From an uncultured virus (IMG/VR IMGVR_UViG_3300030098_006004) (taxonomy: Duplodnaviria; Heunggongvirae; Uroviricota; Caudoviricetes): a stretch of DNA of 64,000 nt. The translations under genes and the position numbers were made by a program. The first letter of the stretch is position 1. Each line of letters opens with the position of its first letter. The stretch is taken from the IMG/VR virus record IMGVR_UViG_3300030098_006004. One strand, written 5' to 3'. Shown in pieces: positions 17,921 to 27,485 of the stretch. Under the pieces are notes generated by a model. That model did not search any database. It had not been told where the DNA came from and saw only the letters and a list, made by a program, of their open reading frames with translations.

Positions 17921-19171
17921 TTAGTGGTCGATTGGAATAACACGCTCATTTGTCTTAAAGTAAGGGTTGCGAGCGTTCTGAGCGTCAGTCATCCACATGC
18001 GCTGACACTTGGAAGGCTTAGGCTTAGGGGCGCACATGTCGGTCAAGACGATGTGCCCATCAAAGCCGACTTTATTCACATAAGCGGTAGGAGCATCAAA
18101 GTCAGTTCCACCATAAAGAACTCGCTCCCACTTCTTCTTTTGCCCTTTCTTCCATTCAAATACTTTATCTTCTGCGACTTCTGTATCAAAAGGCACGACG
18201 GTGAAGGTGCAGATATCTGAAAGACTGTTAAGTTCGCTAAAGAACGCAGCAAGCATAGAGTCAGACACTGACCCTGATTGGTCAATAGAGATGGCTATAC
18301 GGGGTGCTCTAGTGACTTTCTTACCTGGATGGATGTAAGGGTAGCGCTTGTTGATACGCCGCACTGTAGAGCGCTTCTCAGCGCGGATACAGGTCTTTAC
18401 AAAGTAGCGTAAGACACTGCGCCAATTAATCTTAGCGGCGACCTTCTCCATAATGTCCTTACGAGTAGAAGAGGAGACAGAGCCCCAAGAGTTGCTTTTG
18501 CTTGCTTCCTTTGCCGCTTCTTTAAGCGTCTCTTTGAGGCGTTCCTTTGCGATGGAAGCAGTTGTTTCATCTACCTCTGCCCACTGACCGTGCTCATCGA
18601 ACTGACCATCACCAATCATCTCGCTTACAACGTCTTCTAGGCTCTTCTCTCCGTCAGAGTCTTTTGCTTCCTGCTCTGCTTTCTTTTTAAGTTCCTGGTA
18701 ATACCACTCTGCATTCATTTCAGCAGGTAAATGAGCGAACTTATCCACCCCAGGAAATACACACTGCTCAGGAAGTCGATCCTGACCAATCAAGCAATTG
18801 ATAGACAAGTCCGTGGCGATGTTCCAAAGCATAAAGAGTGCTCGGGTGTCAGAAGGAACATCCTTCATCGCAGCCCCGGACTTCATTACGCCCTGAAGTT
18901 CGTCAGGCAATCGACCTGTAACGTGTTCAAAGATAAGGTGATAGAACTCATGTACAAGCACACCTGACTTTTGCTTATCGTTTATCTTCAAGAAGAAGTC
19001 AGGGTTGTAGTAAAGCTCAAAGTATCCTGTCTCGGGGTCAATACGGACACCAGCAGTAGGAACTCCTTTGCTCTCAATCTTCTCGATAGTGCGAGAGATA
19101 GAAGCAAAGAAAGGCTCCTGAATCAGAAGCCTGTGAACGTGATCATTAAGATTAAACTTTTTCTCTTCCAT
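17921..19171 (-). CDS. metallopeptidase-like (HExxH) plus vWA domain protein (DUF2201-type), partner of the MoxR ATPase
   Basis: LVHEFYHL motif; vWA MIDAS DQSGS, FDT, GGTDF, VLTD. Confidence 0.85.
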   Translation of the reverse strand: MEEKKFNLNDHVHRLLIQEPFFASISRTIEKIESKGVPTAGVRIDPETGYFELYYNPDFFLKINDKQKSGVLVHEFYHLIFEHVTGRLPDELQGVMKSGAAMKDVPSDTRALFMLWNIATDLSINCLIGQDRLPEQCVFPGVDKFAHLPAEMNAEWYYQELKKKAEQEAKDSDGEKSLEDVVSEMIGDGQFDEHGQWAEVDETTASIAKERLKETLKEAAKEASKSNSWGSVSSSTRKDIMEKVAAKINWRSVLRYFVKTCIRAEKRSTVRRINKRYPYIHPGKKVTRAPRIAISIDQSGSVSDSMLAAFFSELNSLSDICTFTVVPFDTEVAEDKVFEWKKGQKKKWERVLYGGTDFDAPTAYVNKVGFDGHIVLTDMCAPKPKPSKCQRMWMTDAQNARNPYFKTNERVIPIDH

Positions 19172-19229
19172 GAGAAGTGTCCTCTATCGGTTACAATATA
19201 ACTATAGGAACGAACTTTGTTGTTTCAAG

Positions 19230-19928
19230 TTATTTTCTCCCCCTGGAGTGTTCATACGCTCCTTTCTGAATTTTATCCCATTCGAGGAAGTCATCTGGGA
19301 GCTTGGCTTCTGTAGAGGAAACCAGGATGTAATCGTTTTTATGTCGTGTATATTGGTCTTTTCCATAATAATCGTTGTCCTCGTGTCCATTATCTATGAT
19401 GCAAAGAGGGAGCCTGCCGTAAAATCTTTGACCGGCTTTTGAGCCAGTCATGTAAACATATATGACCGGCGTATGGCTTCTAAAGTAAGTGTTATCTGTT
19501 AATGCTCGATTTGTAATTTTGTGGTGCTGTATGTCAGTGACCATTCCAAGCTCAGTGGTGGCGACAATCTCAGCGGTATCGTTGCACCACCTAGTCTTCT
19601 TCATCTTCACTAGCGAACCAATACCAAAGTCATGTTGATTCATTCTATCTTTAATAAGTTGTCTAGCTTCAAGCCAAGACTGAGCAATCCTGTTTACTTT
19701 TAACTTGTGCTCATCACATGTTCTAATCGTGTGTCCTGTTTCGCCACAATGACTGCATCGTTTAGCGCGACCTTTACGTTGCTTGTTCAAGCGCTCTGCC
19801 CGTTCTTTGTAATAAGGGTCATCGCTCTTTTCCCACTCTTTAGCTAGCTTGGTAAGTTCAGGGCATGTGCGTCGGTTGTGTCCTGTCTGTCCGCAGTAAC
19901 TACACCTTGTTATTCTTTTGTAAGACAT
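19230..19928 (-). CDS. protein with two CCHC zinc knuckles
   Basis: CSYCGQTGHNRRTC and CSHCGETGHTIRTC. Confidence 0.75.
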   Translation of the reverse strand: MSYKRITRCSYCGQTGHNRRTCPELTKLAKEWEKSDDPYYKERAERLNKQRKGRAKRCSHCGETGHTIRTCDEHKLKVNRIAQSWLEARQLIKDRMNQHDFGIGSLVKMKKTRWCNDTAEIVATTELGMVTDIQHHKITNRALTDNTYFRSHTPVIYVYMTGSKAGQRFYGRLPLCIIDNGHEDNDYYGKDQYTRHKNDYILVSSTEAKLPDDFLEWDKIQKGAYEHSRGRK

Positions 19929-19988
19929 TGCTATCTCCCTTGTTTCTTTTACCAACTATAAACACAAATAAAAAGTTTTCAAAAAAAA

Positions 19989-20102
19989 GAACTGGAGGGG
20001 GTTGGTGGGTTCACAGAGCCAACCATGCTAGCCTACTTTGAATTTGTCTAGCGCTCACGGTAGGCACTGAGCGCAGCAGTCATAGTTTACTCCCTCCAGT
20101 TC
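19989..20102 (-). ncRNA. candidate structured ncRNA with possible pseudoknot, followed by a U8 tract
   Basis: Perfect 11-bp closing stem GAACTGGAGGG/CCCTCCAGTTC; GCGCTCA/TGAGCGC hairpin whose loop GCCTAC complements downstream GTAGGC. Confidence 0.5.
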
Positions 20103-20120
20103 ACTCCATAGTCTCCTAGT

Positions 20121-21176
20121 TTAATTATTACCTGTAAGGAGTGTAACCAATCGAGTGGCAACCTTTTCACCATTCGTGGCTACGGACTTGTGAAGTTTGA
20201 TGACGTTCTCCTGCTCACCTTTGCCAATGGCAGTCCACATTTTCATTGCGGGCTCGGAGCCGAGAGTAACGAAGTAATCAGCGAGATTCTGGACCTGATC
20301 GTCAGTCAGGACAGTGCCGAACGTAGCGGCAGCATCCATCTTATCGATGAGGGCACAGTGGTCGTTAATATTAAAGTTTTTAGTGAGGTCAACTTTGCCT
20401 TCGTCCAAAATCATTTCAACAGTAACGTTCTTCTCGTAGTTCGATACGAAGTCGTTGAAAGCAATGGCAGCTTCAAACCCGACAAAAGCAGAAGCCAGAT
20501 GAAAAATATCGTTGTTCTCTTCTTCTAGCAAGCCGGATGTGACAAGACAATCGTTAAAGCGCTTCCAAGAACGACGAGAGGGATAAACCTTATTAGGTTC
20601 AAACTCTCCACTATGTTCTAAGTGAGAGCGATTCTGATTAACGAAGTCCCAGACCATAGAATCTACGTTGTCATTAGCCCAAGTAAGCCAATCTTCAACG
20701 GTAGGCTCGACATCGAAGACAGTCCAGCGGTCAAGTTCCGCAGGGTCCATCTCACCAACTTGGTATTGAGAACCATGCTCGCCACCATTAACAGCAGCAA
20801 AGATGAGAGTATCAGGGTGAAGGACGTTGCCTGAAATCTTACGAGAGTCCGTAAGTTCAAAGATGCCTTGACGTACTTCGGGCGTGGCGCGGTCTACCTC
20901 ATCGAGGAAAAGAACCACGGGTTCCGTGCAAGCGCGGTGAAGCCAATCAGGAGCGCACCAAGTGGTGACGTTATCTTCCACCGAAGGAAGACCAAGCAAG
21001 TCGCCTTCAGTCATTTGAGAAGCGCGGCGCTCCACAACCGGAAGGTCTTTCACTTCTGCAAATTGATAAACAATTTCACTCTTGCCGATGCCGTGGCGAC
21101 CACGGAGAAGCACTGGCTTCTTGATGTCTACGACGTGAGGGACGATGTTCAAAAAGGTTTTGAAATCTACTGACAT
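20121..21176 (-). CDS. MoxR-like AAA+ ATPase
   Basis: Walker A GRHGIGKS, Walker B LFLDE, DPAELDR, P.RRSW. Confidence 0.85.
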   Translation of the reverse strand: MSVDFKTFLNIVPHVVDIKKPVLLRGRHGIGKSEIVYQFAEVKDLPVVERRASQMTEGDLLGLPSVEDNVTTWCAPDWLHRACTEPVVLFLDEVDRATPEVRQGIFELTDSRKISGNVLHPDTLIFAAVNGGEHGSQYQVGEMDPAELDRWTVFDVEPTVEDWLTWANDNVDSMVWDFVNQNRSHLEHSGEFEPNKVYPSRRSWKRFNDCLVTSGLLEEENNDIFHLASAFVGFEAAIAFNDFVSNYEKNVTVEMILDEGKVDLTKNFNINDHCALIDKMDAAATFGTVLTDDQVQNLADYFVTLGSEPAMKMWTAIGKGEQENVIKLHKSVATNGEKVATRLVTLLTGNN

Positions 21177-21257
21177 TTTGTTTTCCTTCCGTTTGGAGTT
21201 AAACTTCCTATACAATAACTATAGGCGCGGGTTCTCTATTTTCAACATCTTTTGTTA

Positions 21258-21983
21258 TTAAATTTGAGAAAGTCTGGAAAGGCTTGATTTCATAGCACCT
21301 TTTAATTCTTCTTCGCTGCCTCTATTGTCCACATAAATGAAGTTATCACCAAACAGATCAGCATACGCCGCTCGATTGGCTTGCACTTTATCGTGAACCT
21401 TGGCTATGATTTTGGTAGGGAGAGAGCGACCGCCTAGAGAAGAACGAGTAAGGTTTCTCTCTTCTGCGGTGCAGGCGTCTACATCTACATATACCATTGC
21501 GACCTTGTAGCCTTTGGCTTTGAGTCGCTCTACTCGGGAACTAACAACCTTGTAGCTTGCTGCTGTGCCGTCTATAATGTAGCTGGTGCAGTCATCACTG
21601 TTAATTCTATTCTCTATTTCTGTCTCGTTGTTCTTGTTGGCGAGATTAAATGTTTTCATCGCGGTGGAGAACTGAGAGGAAATGTCATCTATCTTTACTT
21701 GAAGCGCGGTTTGCATTTCTGGGTCTTCTTCTGTTTCAAGTTCGGCTTGAAGTTTCTTTCGTTCGACTGACATTCCCTGCATGTTCATGCTAATGCCTTG
21801 AGCTTGAAGTTCGCGCTCAAATTCATCATCAGGGTTCATCACAGGTAAATCTAGACCTAGATTGCGAAGGACGGTTCCTTTTCCTGATCCTGGGCATCCA
21901 GCCATGAAGACGACGAGATTGTTTTCACAAGAACCATCTTCTTCGGCTAGATACTTGCGCCAATTTTCAAGTAGGAGTTTCAT
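21258..21983 (-). CDS. zeta-toxin-like P-loop kinase with MKLLLENWRKYLAE leader
   Basis: VFMAGCPGSGKG, NPDD, IIDGT, GY.V.MVYV, R...GGRS. Confidence 0.75.
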   Translation of the reverse strand: MKLLLENWRKYLAEEDGSCENNLVVFMAGCPGSGKGTVLRNLGLDLPVMNPDDEFERELQAQGISMNMQGMSVERKKLQAELETEEDPEMQTALQVKIDDISSQFSTAMKTFNLANKNNETEIENRINSDDCTSYIIDGTAASYKVVSSRVERLKAKGYKVAMVYVDVDACTAEERNLTRSSLGGRSLPTKIIAKVHDKVQANRAAYADLFGDNFIYVDNRGSEEELKGAMKSSLSRLSQI

Positions 21984-22347
21984 TTATAACCTCCACTTGA
22001 TCGTAATCCTTGATAAAAACATAGCCACCAGGAAGCTCGACGTAATCATCACCTATAACTTTCATAGTTATAACCTTGCCATATCCTTCAGCATTTTCTC
22101 TATCTTTTGTCGCGTTAATCCCAGTGGTTGCCTCTTTCGCCCATTGAGGGAATTCTGTCTCCTCATCGAAACCTCTTTCTATAGCGTAGTTCATCACTTC
22201 TGAGTCTTTGGGAATAACGTTCTTGGTAAGAGGGAGCTGCCCGGTTTCCAAATATTTATCATATACAAAATCTGGTATACCTCGATATACAATCAGCTCT
22301 TCATCCTCATTCAAATATTGACGCCAGTTTTCAAGTAGGAGTTTCAT
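21967..22347 (-). CDS. leader-bearing protein, possible ADP-ribosyltransferase-like fold
   Basis: MKLLLENWRQYLNE leader; VYRG...T.D...A.GYG pattern. Confidence 0.5.
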   Translation of the reverse strand: MKLLLENWRQYLNEDEELIVYRGIPDFVYDKYLETGQLPLTKNVIPKDSEVMNYAIERGFDEETEFPQWAKEATTGINATKDRENAEGYGKVITMKVIGDDYVELPGGYVFIKDYDQVEVINETPT

Positions 22348-22634
22348 TCTTTATCAATCTCCGGGTGAAATCCTAGATAAACTTTTTTAATATTGTCTCC
22401 AACAGATTTCCCATCTGCTTTAAGTTCAGCCGCAACTGGCTTCTCGGGGTCGCCATACCAGTAATATACATCATATCCACCGTCTTCCAGCCACTCTACA
22501 ACCAATCCACGATTGTGAGCGTCAGTATCAGCCTTGAGGACGATTTTCTTACCTTTTGGCAGCATCAAGTCAATATCTTGTGGTGCCTCTTCTTCGTTTA
22601 TAAATTTTTGCCAGTTTTCAATTAGGAGTTTCAT
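22344..22634 (-). CDS. leader-bearing hypothetical protein
   Basis: MKLLIENWQKFINE leader. Confidence 0.65.
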   Translation of the reverse strand: MKLLIENWQKFINEEEAPQDIDLMLPKGKKIVLKADTDAHNRGLVVEWLEDGGYDVYYWYGDPEKPVAAELKADGKSVGDNIKKVYLGFHPEIDKE

Positions 22635-23002
22635 ATTAATTCTTGTGCCTCTTCTTCTGCATATGCATATTCCTCATCGCTGTATGTACCAAATATCTCT
22701 TTTACTTCTTCTGGAGATGTTATACGATAGGTGTTTCTTTCACCACTTATATTATCAAGCACGTTTTCCAATGGCATCCTACCACGGCAGTCAATCGCTT
22801 CTTTTGTTTGAGAATCATAAGCAAAAACATGATGCATATCTCCTCGCTCATCAACGATGCCATACATGGGAAAATGAGAAATTTCACTAATGGCTTGGGC
22901 GAGCAACGAGCAGTCGCCCCTCATAAAATTAATATATTCGGAGGGATGGGGCTCCTCTTCCTCGTTCATATACTTTCGCCAGTTTTCAAGTAGGAGTTTC
23001 AT
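22631..23002 (-). CDS. leader-bearing protein with possible Cys-His-Asp (papain/transglutaminase-like) triad
   Basis: MKLLLENWRKYMNE leader; GDC..LA.A...HVF....ID.RG. Confidence 0.55.
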   Translation of the reverse strand: MKLLLENWRKYMNEEEEPHPSEYINFMRGDCSLLAQAISEISHFPMYGIVDERGDMHHVFAYDSQTKEAIDCRGRMPLENVLDNISGERNTYRITSPEEVKEIFGTYSDEEYAYAEEEAQELI

Positions 23003-23718
23003 TCTTGCTCCTTGGGTGTGAGATAGACGGGAACCTTCTTGACTCCCAGGCGTTTCGCGGCTTCTAAGCGGTGATGTCCGTTCAATACATGATAGAAAGG
23101 CTCGCTGACTCCACTTTTAGGTGCCATCTCTTGGTCTTGAACGCGGTAAGAGTTCACGGGCTTCTGGTTGCATACCTCAATAGGTTCCAAATTACCTTGG
23201 TTAATCAAGTCCATCTTTTGCTGGACTATGGCATCGCATTCAGCCCCAGGGCAATCGTGTTCCTTCCCGTGCCCCATCTCTTCGGAAGGGATAAGAAGGC
23301 TTACATCAACATAAAAGACATTTTCATTCATAAAGGCAGAAGGTAAAAGATTATATTTCTTTAGAATAGGCATTATCATAGGAATCCATATCGACCCGCC
23401 AAGTGGAGCTACGAAAGCTGCGGCTAGAGCTGTAGTTTTGCCAATGTCGTATATTTGTTTCCATAGAACTTCTTTCTGGGCATCACTAAGAGTTTTCCAC
23501 TCCTTGGCTAACTGCCACGCTTGTTTTGTTTCTTTTAGTTCCTGAGCTATTCTTTCCCAAGTGCTTTTGTGCTTTTTATCTGCAAGCTCTTTCTCTAGCT
23601 TTTTGACTGCTTTGTTCATCTTCCACTCAGAAGAACCAGGGACAAACGCACCTATTCCTTCTTCTAGTTCAGTCTCTTCGGCTAGATACTTACGCCAGTT
23701 TTCAAGTAATAACTTCAT
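22999..23718 (-). CDS. leader-bearing protein with hydrophobic hairpin and C-terminal ParB/Srx-like domain
   Basis: MKLLLENWRKYLAE leader; PI.V...Y.VLNGHHRLEAAKRLG...VPV. Confidence 0.7.
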   Translation of the reverse strand: MKLLLENWRKYLAEETELEEGIGAFVPGSSEWKMNKAVKKLEKELADKKHKSTWERIAQELKETKQAWQLAKEWKTLSDAQKEVLWKQIYDIGKTTALAAAFVAPLGGSIWIPMIMPILKKYNLLPSAFMNENVFYVDVSLLIPSEEMGHGKEHDCPGAECDAIVQQKMDLINQGNLEPIEVCNQKPVNSYRVQDQEMAPKSGVSEPFYHVLNGHHRLEAAKRLGVKKVPVYLTPKEQE

Positions 23719-23723
23719 CTATA

Positions 23724-23731
23724 TAAGTAGT
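23724..23731 (-). promoter_or_regulatory. putative late promoter ACTACTTA, 5 nt before ATG
   Basis: ACTANTTA recurs at 3690, 26109, 26351, 27406, 33007, 33575, 41090, 47389, 52695, 54790, 62219. Confidence 0.6.
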
Positions 23732-23745
23732 ATCTAAATTATGTT

Positions 23746-24761
<1,016 letters not shown>

Positions 24762-24796
24762 GGTTTGATTATAGGAACCTTATTGTTGTATTCAAG

Positions 24797-26104
24797 TTAT
24801 TTTACTGCTCTTAATGCATTTCTTACCATTTCTTCCTGAAACTCTTTCTTTGTCCAAGCGATTTGTTTATCCTCGGACAGCGAATGAATAGGGTCGAAAT
24901 AAAGAAACTTTTGCCCTGGCTTGACGCTCGGGGCTGTGTAGACAGAGACGCCTGTCTCTCGGTTGTAATGTTCAAAAGAATGAGCGCAACGCTTACCTCC
25001 TCCACCGGGAGCATCTACAACAAAAGTAGGAGTATTAAAGCCAGCAGTCACGCCACGGACGTGCTTCTCGACATCGAGCGCCGTTTGAACGGATGTTCTC
25101 ATATCCTCGGTGCCTGCTGTAAGGTCGTGAACGTAGACGTAATAGGGTTCAACATTCATGTAACCTAGTTGTCTCGTCAGTGCAATCATATCCTTGGGAG
25201 TGTCGTTTACTCCTCGCTGGAAGACTGCTTGGTTTCTTACCTTCACGCCTTTCAAAAATAAAAGTTTCATTGCATCTTGGGTGATCTTGGTTATTTCATT
25301 AGCGTGATTAAAGTGCGTATGAATGCAAACTTCTTTGTAATGATTATGAGCCCTGTTAGTAACAGACGCGATTGCATCTATCCAAGGTTCATCAGTTAGT
25401 AGTTTCATAGGTAGAACTGAAAGACCTTTGGTTGCAAAGCGAAAGCGCCTTATGTGAGGAATGGAGATTAACTCTTCTCCTATCTCTATAATCTGCTTTG
25501 CTTTCAAGCGGTAAGCATCGCCACCTGAGATGACAACATCTTCTACTTCTTCGTGCTCTCGTAAGTATTTGAAGATGTCTGCCCATCGGGCGCTGGAGGC
25601 TTTGATGGATACTTTCTCGGCTGTGGCTGTGCTTGAACCCACTGCGTAAGCACGAGTGCAGAAACGACAATAAACAGGACAAATATCAAGAGCCAAGAAT
25701 AAAACCTTATCTTGGTAGCGGTGAGTAAGTCCTTTAACTGGTGCATCTTCTTGTTCATTTAAACTATCAAACCTCAACATTGGATGGTCTGGTTGGAGTT
25801 GCGAGGCGAGGGGTAAAAATTGTCGCCGTATCGGGCAAGTATCGGGCGTTTCCCAGGACATTAGCGATAATAGATAGGGAGACACCCTTATTGCCATCGG
25901 AGCCTTTAGAAAGCCATTCTTGGCGTCTTCTAGAAAGTCCTGACTTACCAGGTCTTGTATTGTTTTTAAAAGTTTCTTGTGGTTGGTTATAGCATTCTTT
26001 TCTTGCCACTTGTGATCGATGAAAGTTTTGTAGTCTACGTCTTTCCAAGCAGGGATTTGACGCCACCACTCATCGTCTCTGAAATGTCTCCACGGATAAG
26101 TCAT
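24797..26104 (-). CDS. KamA-family radical SAM 2,3-aminomutase (lysine 2,3-aminomutase-like)
   Basis: THRY..KVL, CPVYCRFC, ISGGD, THFNH..E, NQ, PYY, DAPGGGGK. Confidence 0.9.
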   Translation of the reverse strand: MTYPWRHFRDDEWWRQIPAWKDVDYKTFIDHKWQEKNAITNHKKLLKTIQDLVSQDFLEDAKNGFLKAPMAIRVSPYLLSLMSWETPDTCPIRRQFLPLASQLQPDHPMLRFDSLNEQEDAPVKGLTHRYQDKVLFLALDICPVYCRFCTRAYAVGSSTATAEKVSIKASSARWADIFKYLREHEEVEDVVISGGDAYRLKAKQIIEIGEELISIPHIRRFRFATKGLSVLPMKLLTDEPWIDAIASVTNRAHNHYKEVCIHTHFNHANEITKITQDAMKLLFLKGVKVRNQAVFQRGVNDTPKDMIALTRQLGYMNVEPYYVYVHDLTAGTEDMRTSVQTALDVEKHVRGVTAGFNTPTFVVDAPGGGGKRCAHSFEHYNRETGVSVYTAPSVKPGQKFLYFDPIHSLSEDKQIAWTKKEFQEEMVRNALRAVK

Positions 26105-26346
26105 ACATTAAATAGTCGCACAATTTTATCCGCCACTTCTAAAAGTTTTTCTTTTTCTTCTTCAGCGAGTCTGGAGTATTCTTTACGGGTAAGAGGCTCT
26201 AATCTTTCCACCACTCTCTTGTCAAGAAGGAGATAGCCGTTGATGGTTCTGCTCGCTCCTCTACGTTGTTCCTTCCATTTGTTCTGCCACCACTCGTGAA
26301 GTAAAGATGCTATCTCTTCTTTTAATTCTTCCTCTAGTGATTGCAT
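26101..26346 (-). CDS. small RyR-domain-like hypothetical protein (start MQSLEE)
   Basis: LHEWW..W...PL...YS.L.EEEKEK; the upstream part of the track ORF is the tRNA-Leu gene. Confidence 0.5.
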   Translation of the reverse strand: MQSLEEELKEEIASLLHEWWQNKWKEQRRGASRTINGYLLLDKRVVERLEPLTRKEYSRLAEEEKEKLLEVADKIVRLFNV

Positions 26347-26357
26347 ATAATAAATAG

Positions 26358-26442
26358 TACCGAAGGCGGGACTCGAACCCGCAAGCCCACAAGGAGCGAC
26401 AGATTTTAAGTCTGTTGTGTATACCAATTCCACCACTTCGGC
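26358..26442 (-). tRNA. tRNA-Leu (UAA), CCA not encoded
   Basis: GCCGAAG TGGTGGAATTGG; anticodon arm ACAGA-CTTAAAA-TCTGT; long variable arm; GGTTCGAGTCC. Confidence 0.95.
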
Positions 26443-26446
26443 TTGC

Positions 26447-26665
26447 TTAAAAGTTTTCTTCCAAAGTTACGAGACATTCTTCTGCCTCGGCAAGTTCTTT
26501 TGTCCACTTCTTAACTTCGTCAAGCAGGTTCGTATGTTCACCAATACCTACAGCGTAGTTGAATAAAATCTCAAGGTGCGCCCTGGCTTCTTCAACTTTG
26601 GCTTTGTAGTGGGCTTCTGCTGCTAATAATAAATTATTTTGTGTTCTGTTTTTTCGTGTAGCCAT
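26447..26665 (-). CDS. conserved small phage protein (VGIGEH motif)
   Basis: A..H.......A.L.I......VGIGEH..L..E. Confidence 0.6.
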   Translation of the reverse strand: MATRKNRTQNNLLLAAEAHYKAKVEEARAHLEILFNYAVGIGEHTNLLDEVKKWTKELAEAEECLVTLEENF

Positions 26666-26861
26666 CTTTGTACCACCCTTCTCCTTTTAAGTGAAAATTA
26701 TTCTTTGAGATAAGTTTTTTTGTATCGCCGTCGCACCGCTCTAAGATCTTCTCCTGACCTGTAGAGATAGCCAAGGTGCAAACAGGGTTGGCAGAGTTCA
26801 ATTTGACCAATTTTTCAAACTTGTGTCCACATTTTTGACATTCATATTCATAAAGTGGCAT
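26634..26861 (-). CDS. FmdB-family zinc-ribbon protein
   Basis: MPLYEYECQKCGHKFE...KLIS...F.LKG.GWYKDGY. Confidence 0.85.
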   Translation of the reverse strand: MPLYEYECQKCGHKFEKLVKLNSANPVCTLAISTGQEKILERCDGDTKKLISKNNFHLKGEGWYKDGYTKKQNTK

Positions 26862-26876
26862 TTGTTCCTCCCAAAA

Positions 26877-26949
26877 CTGCGCGGGCAGGGCTCGAACCTG
26901 CGACCGGACGGTTAACAGCCGTCTGCTCTACCGACTGAGCTACCGCGCA
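26877..26949 (-). tRNA. tRNA-Asn (GUU), CCA not encoded
   Basis: TGCGCGG TAGCTCAG; anticodon arm GACGG-CTGTTAA-CCGTC; GGTTCGAGCCC; G discriminator. Confidence 0.95.
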
Positions 26950-27392
26950 TTATAAGTTTCTTCAATCGCTATCTTTAAATAACTGTCAGCTTTTTGCAAG
27001 ACCTTCTCATCTTTGGTGTCGCCAAGATACCACATCATTCCAATGCCAAGTTCTTTGCAAAGCTGAACCTCTGGAGTGTTTGTCATGTCCCTGCTGCCGC
27101 CGTTCCCAAAGAAATCTGGCTTGAGTTCTGCTAGGGTTTTACAAACAGTATCATCAGCATCATCGGCTGGCACTACCTTTACGACGCCAGGTATTTTACT
27201 AAGAACTGATGCTCTGTTTTCATACTTAGCAAATACTTTATTGTTCCACCTGTGACGAGAGCACCAATCATCGCTGTTAAGAATAATAACCACATCTCCT
27301 ATTTGAGATGCGTCTAGAATCATTGCGATGTGGTCTCTTCTTGGGGGATCAAAGCCTCCTGAAAGTGCGATTACTTGTCTTTCTTGTTTCAT
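26940..27392 (-). CDS. cytidylyl/adenylyltransferase family protein with degenerate HxGH
   Basis: SGGFDP(PRRDH), LNSD.W, D.DDTVC..L....PD.F.NGG.R...NTPE. Confidence 0.8.
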   Translation of the reverse strand: MKQERQVIALSGGFDPPRRDHIAMILDASQIGDVVIILNSDDWCSRHRWNNKVFAKYENRASVLSKIPGVVKVVPADDADDTVCKTLAELKPDFFGNGGSRDMTNTPEVQLCKELGIGMMWYLGDTKDEKVLQKADSYLKIAIEETYNAR

Positions 27393-27412
27393 AGTTTGCC
27401 TTGTGTAAATAG

Positions 27413-27485
27413 TGGGCTCTGTTGGATTTGAACCAACGACCTACCGGTTATGAGCCGGCAGCTCTAACCGCTGAGCTAAGAGCCC
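27413..27485 (-). tRNA. tRNA with CAU anticodon, probably Ile2 (lysidine type) or elongator Met; CCA not encoded
   Basis: GGGCTCT TAGCTCAG; anticodon arm GCCGG-CTCATAA-CCGGT; no initiator features. Confidence 0.9.

Noticed and set aside
26347..26436. N-terminal extension of ORF 26101..26436 (MVELVYTTDLKSV...)
   Set aside because: It is the translated tRNA-Leu gene. The plausible start is ATG at 26346.
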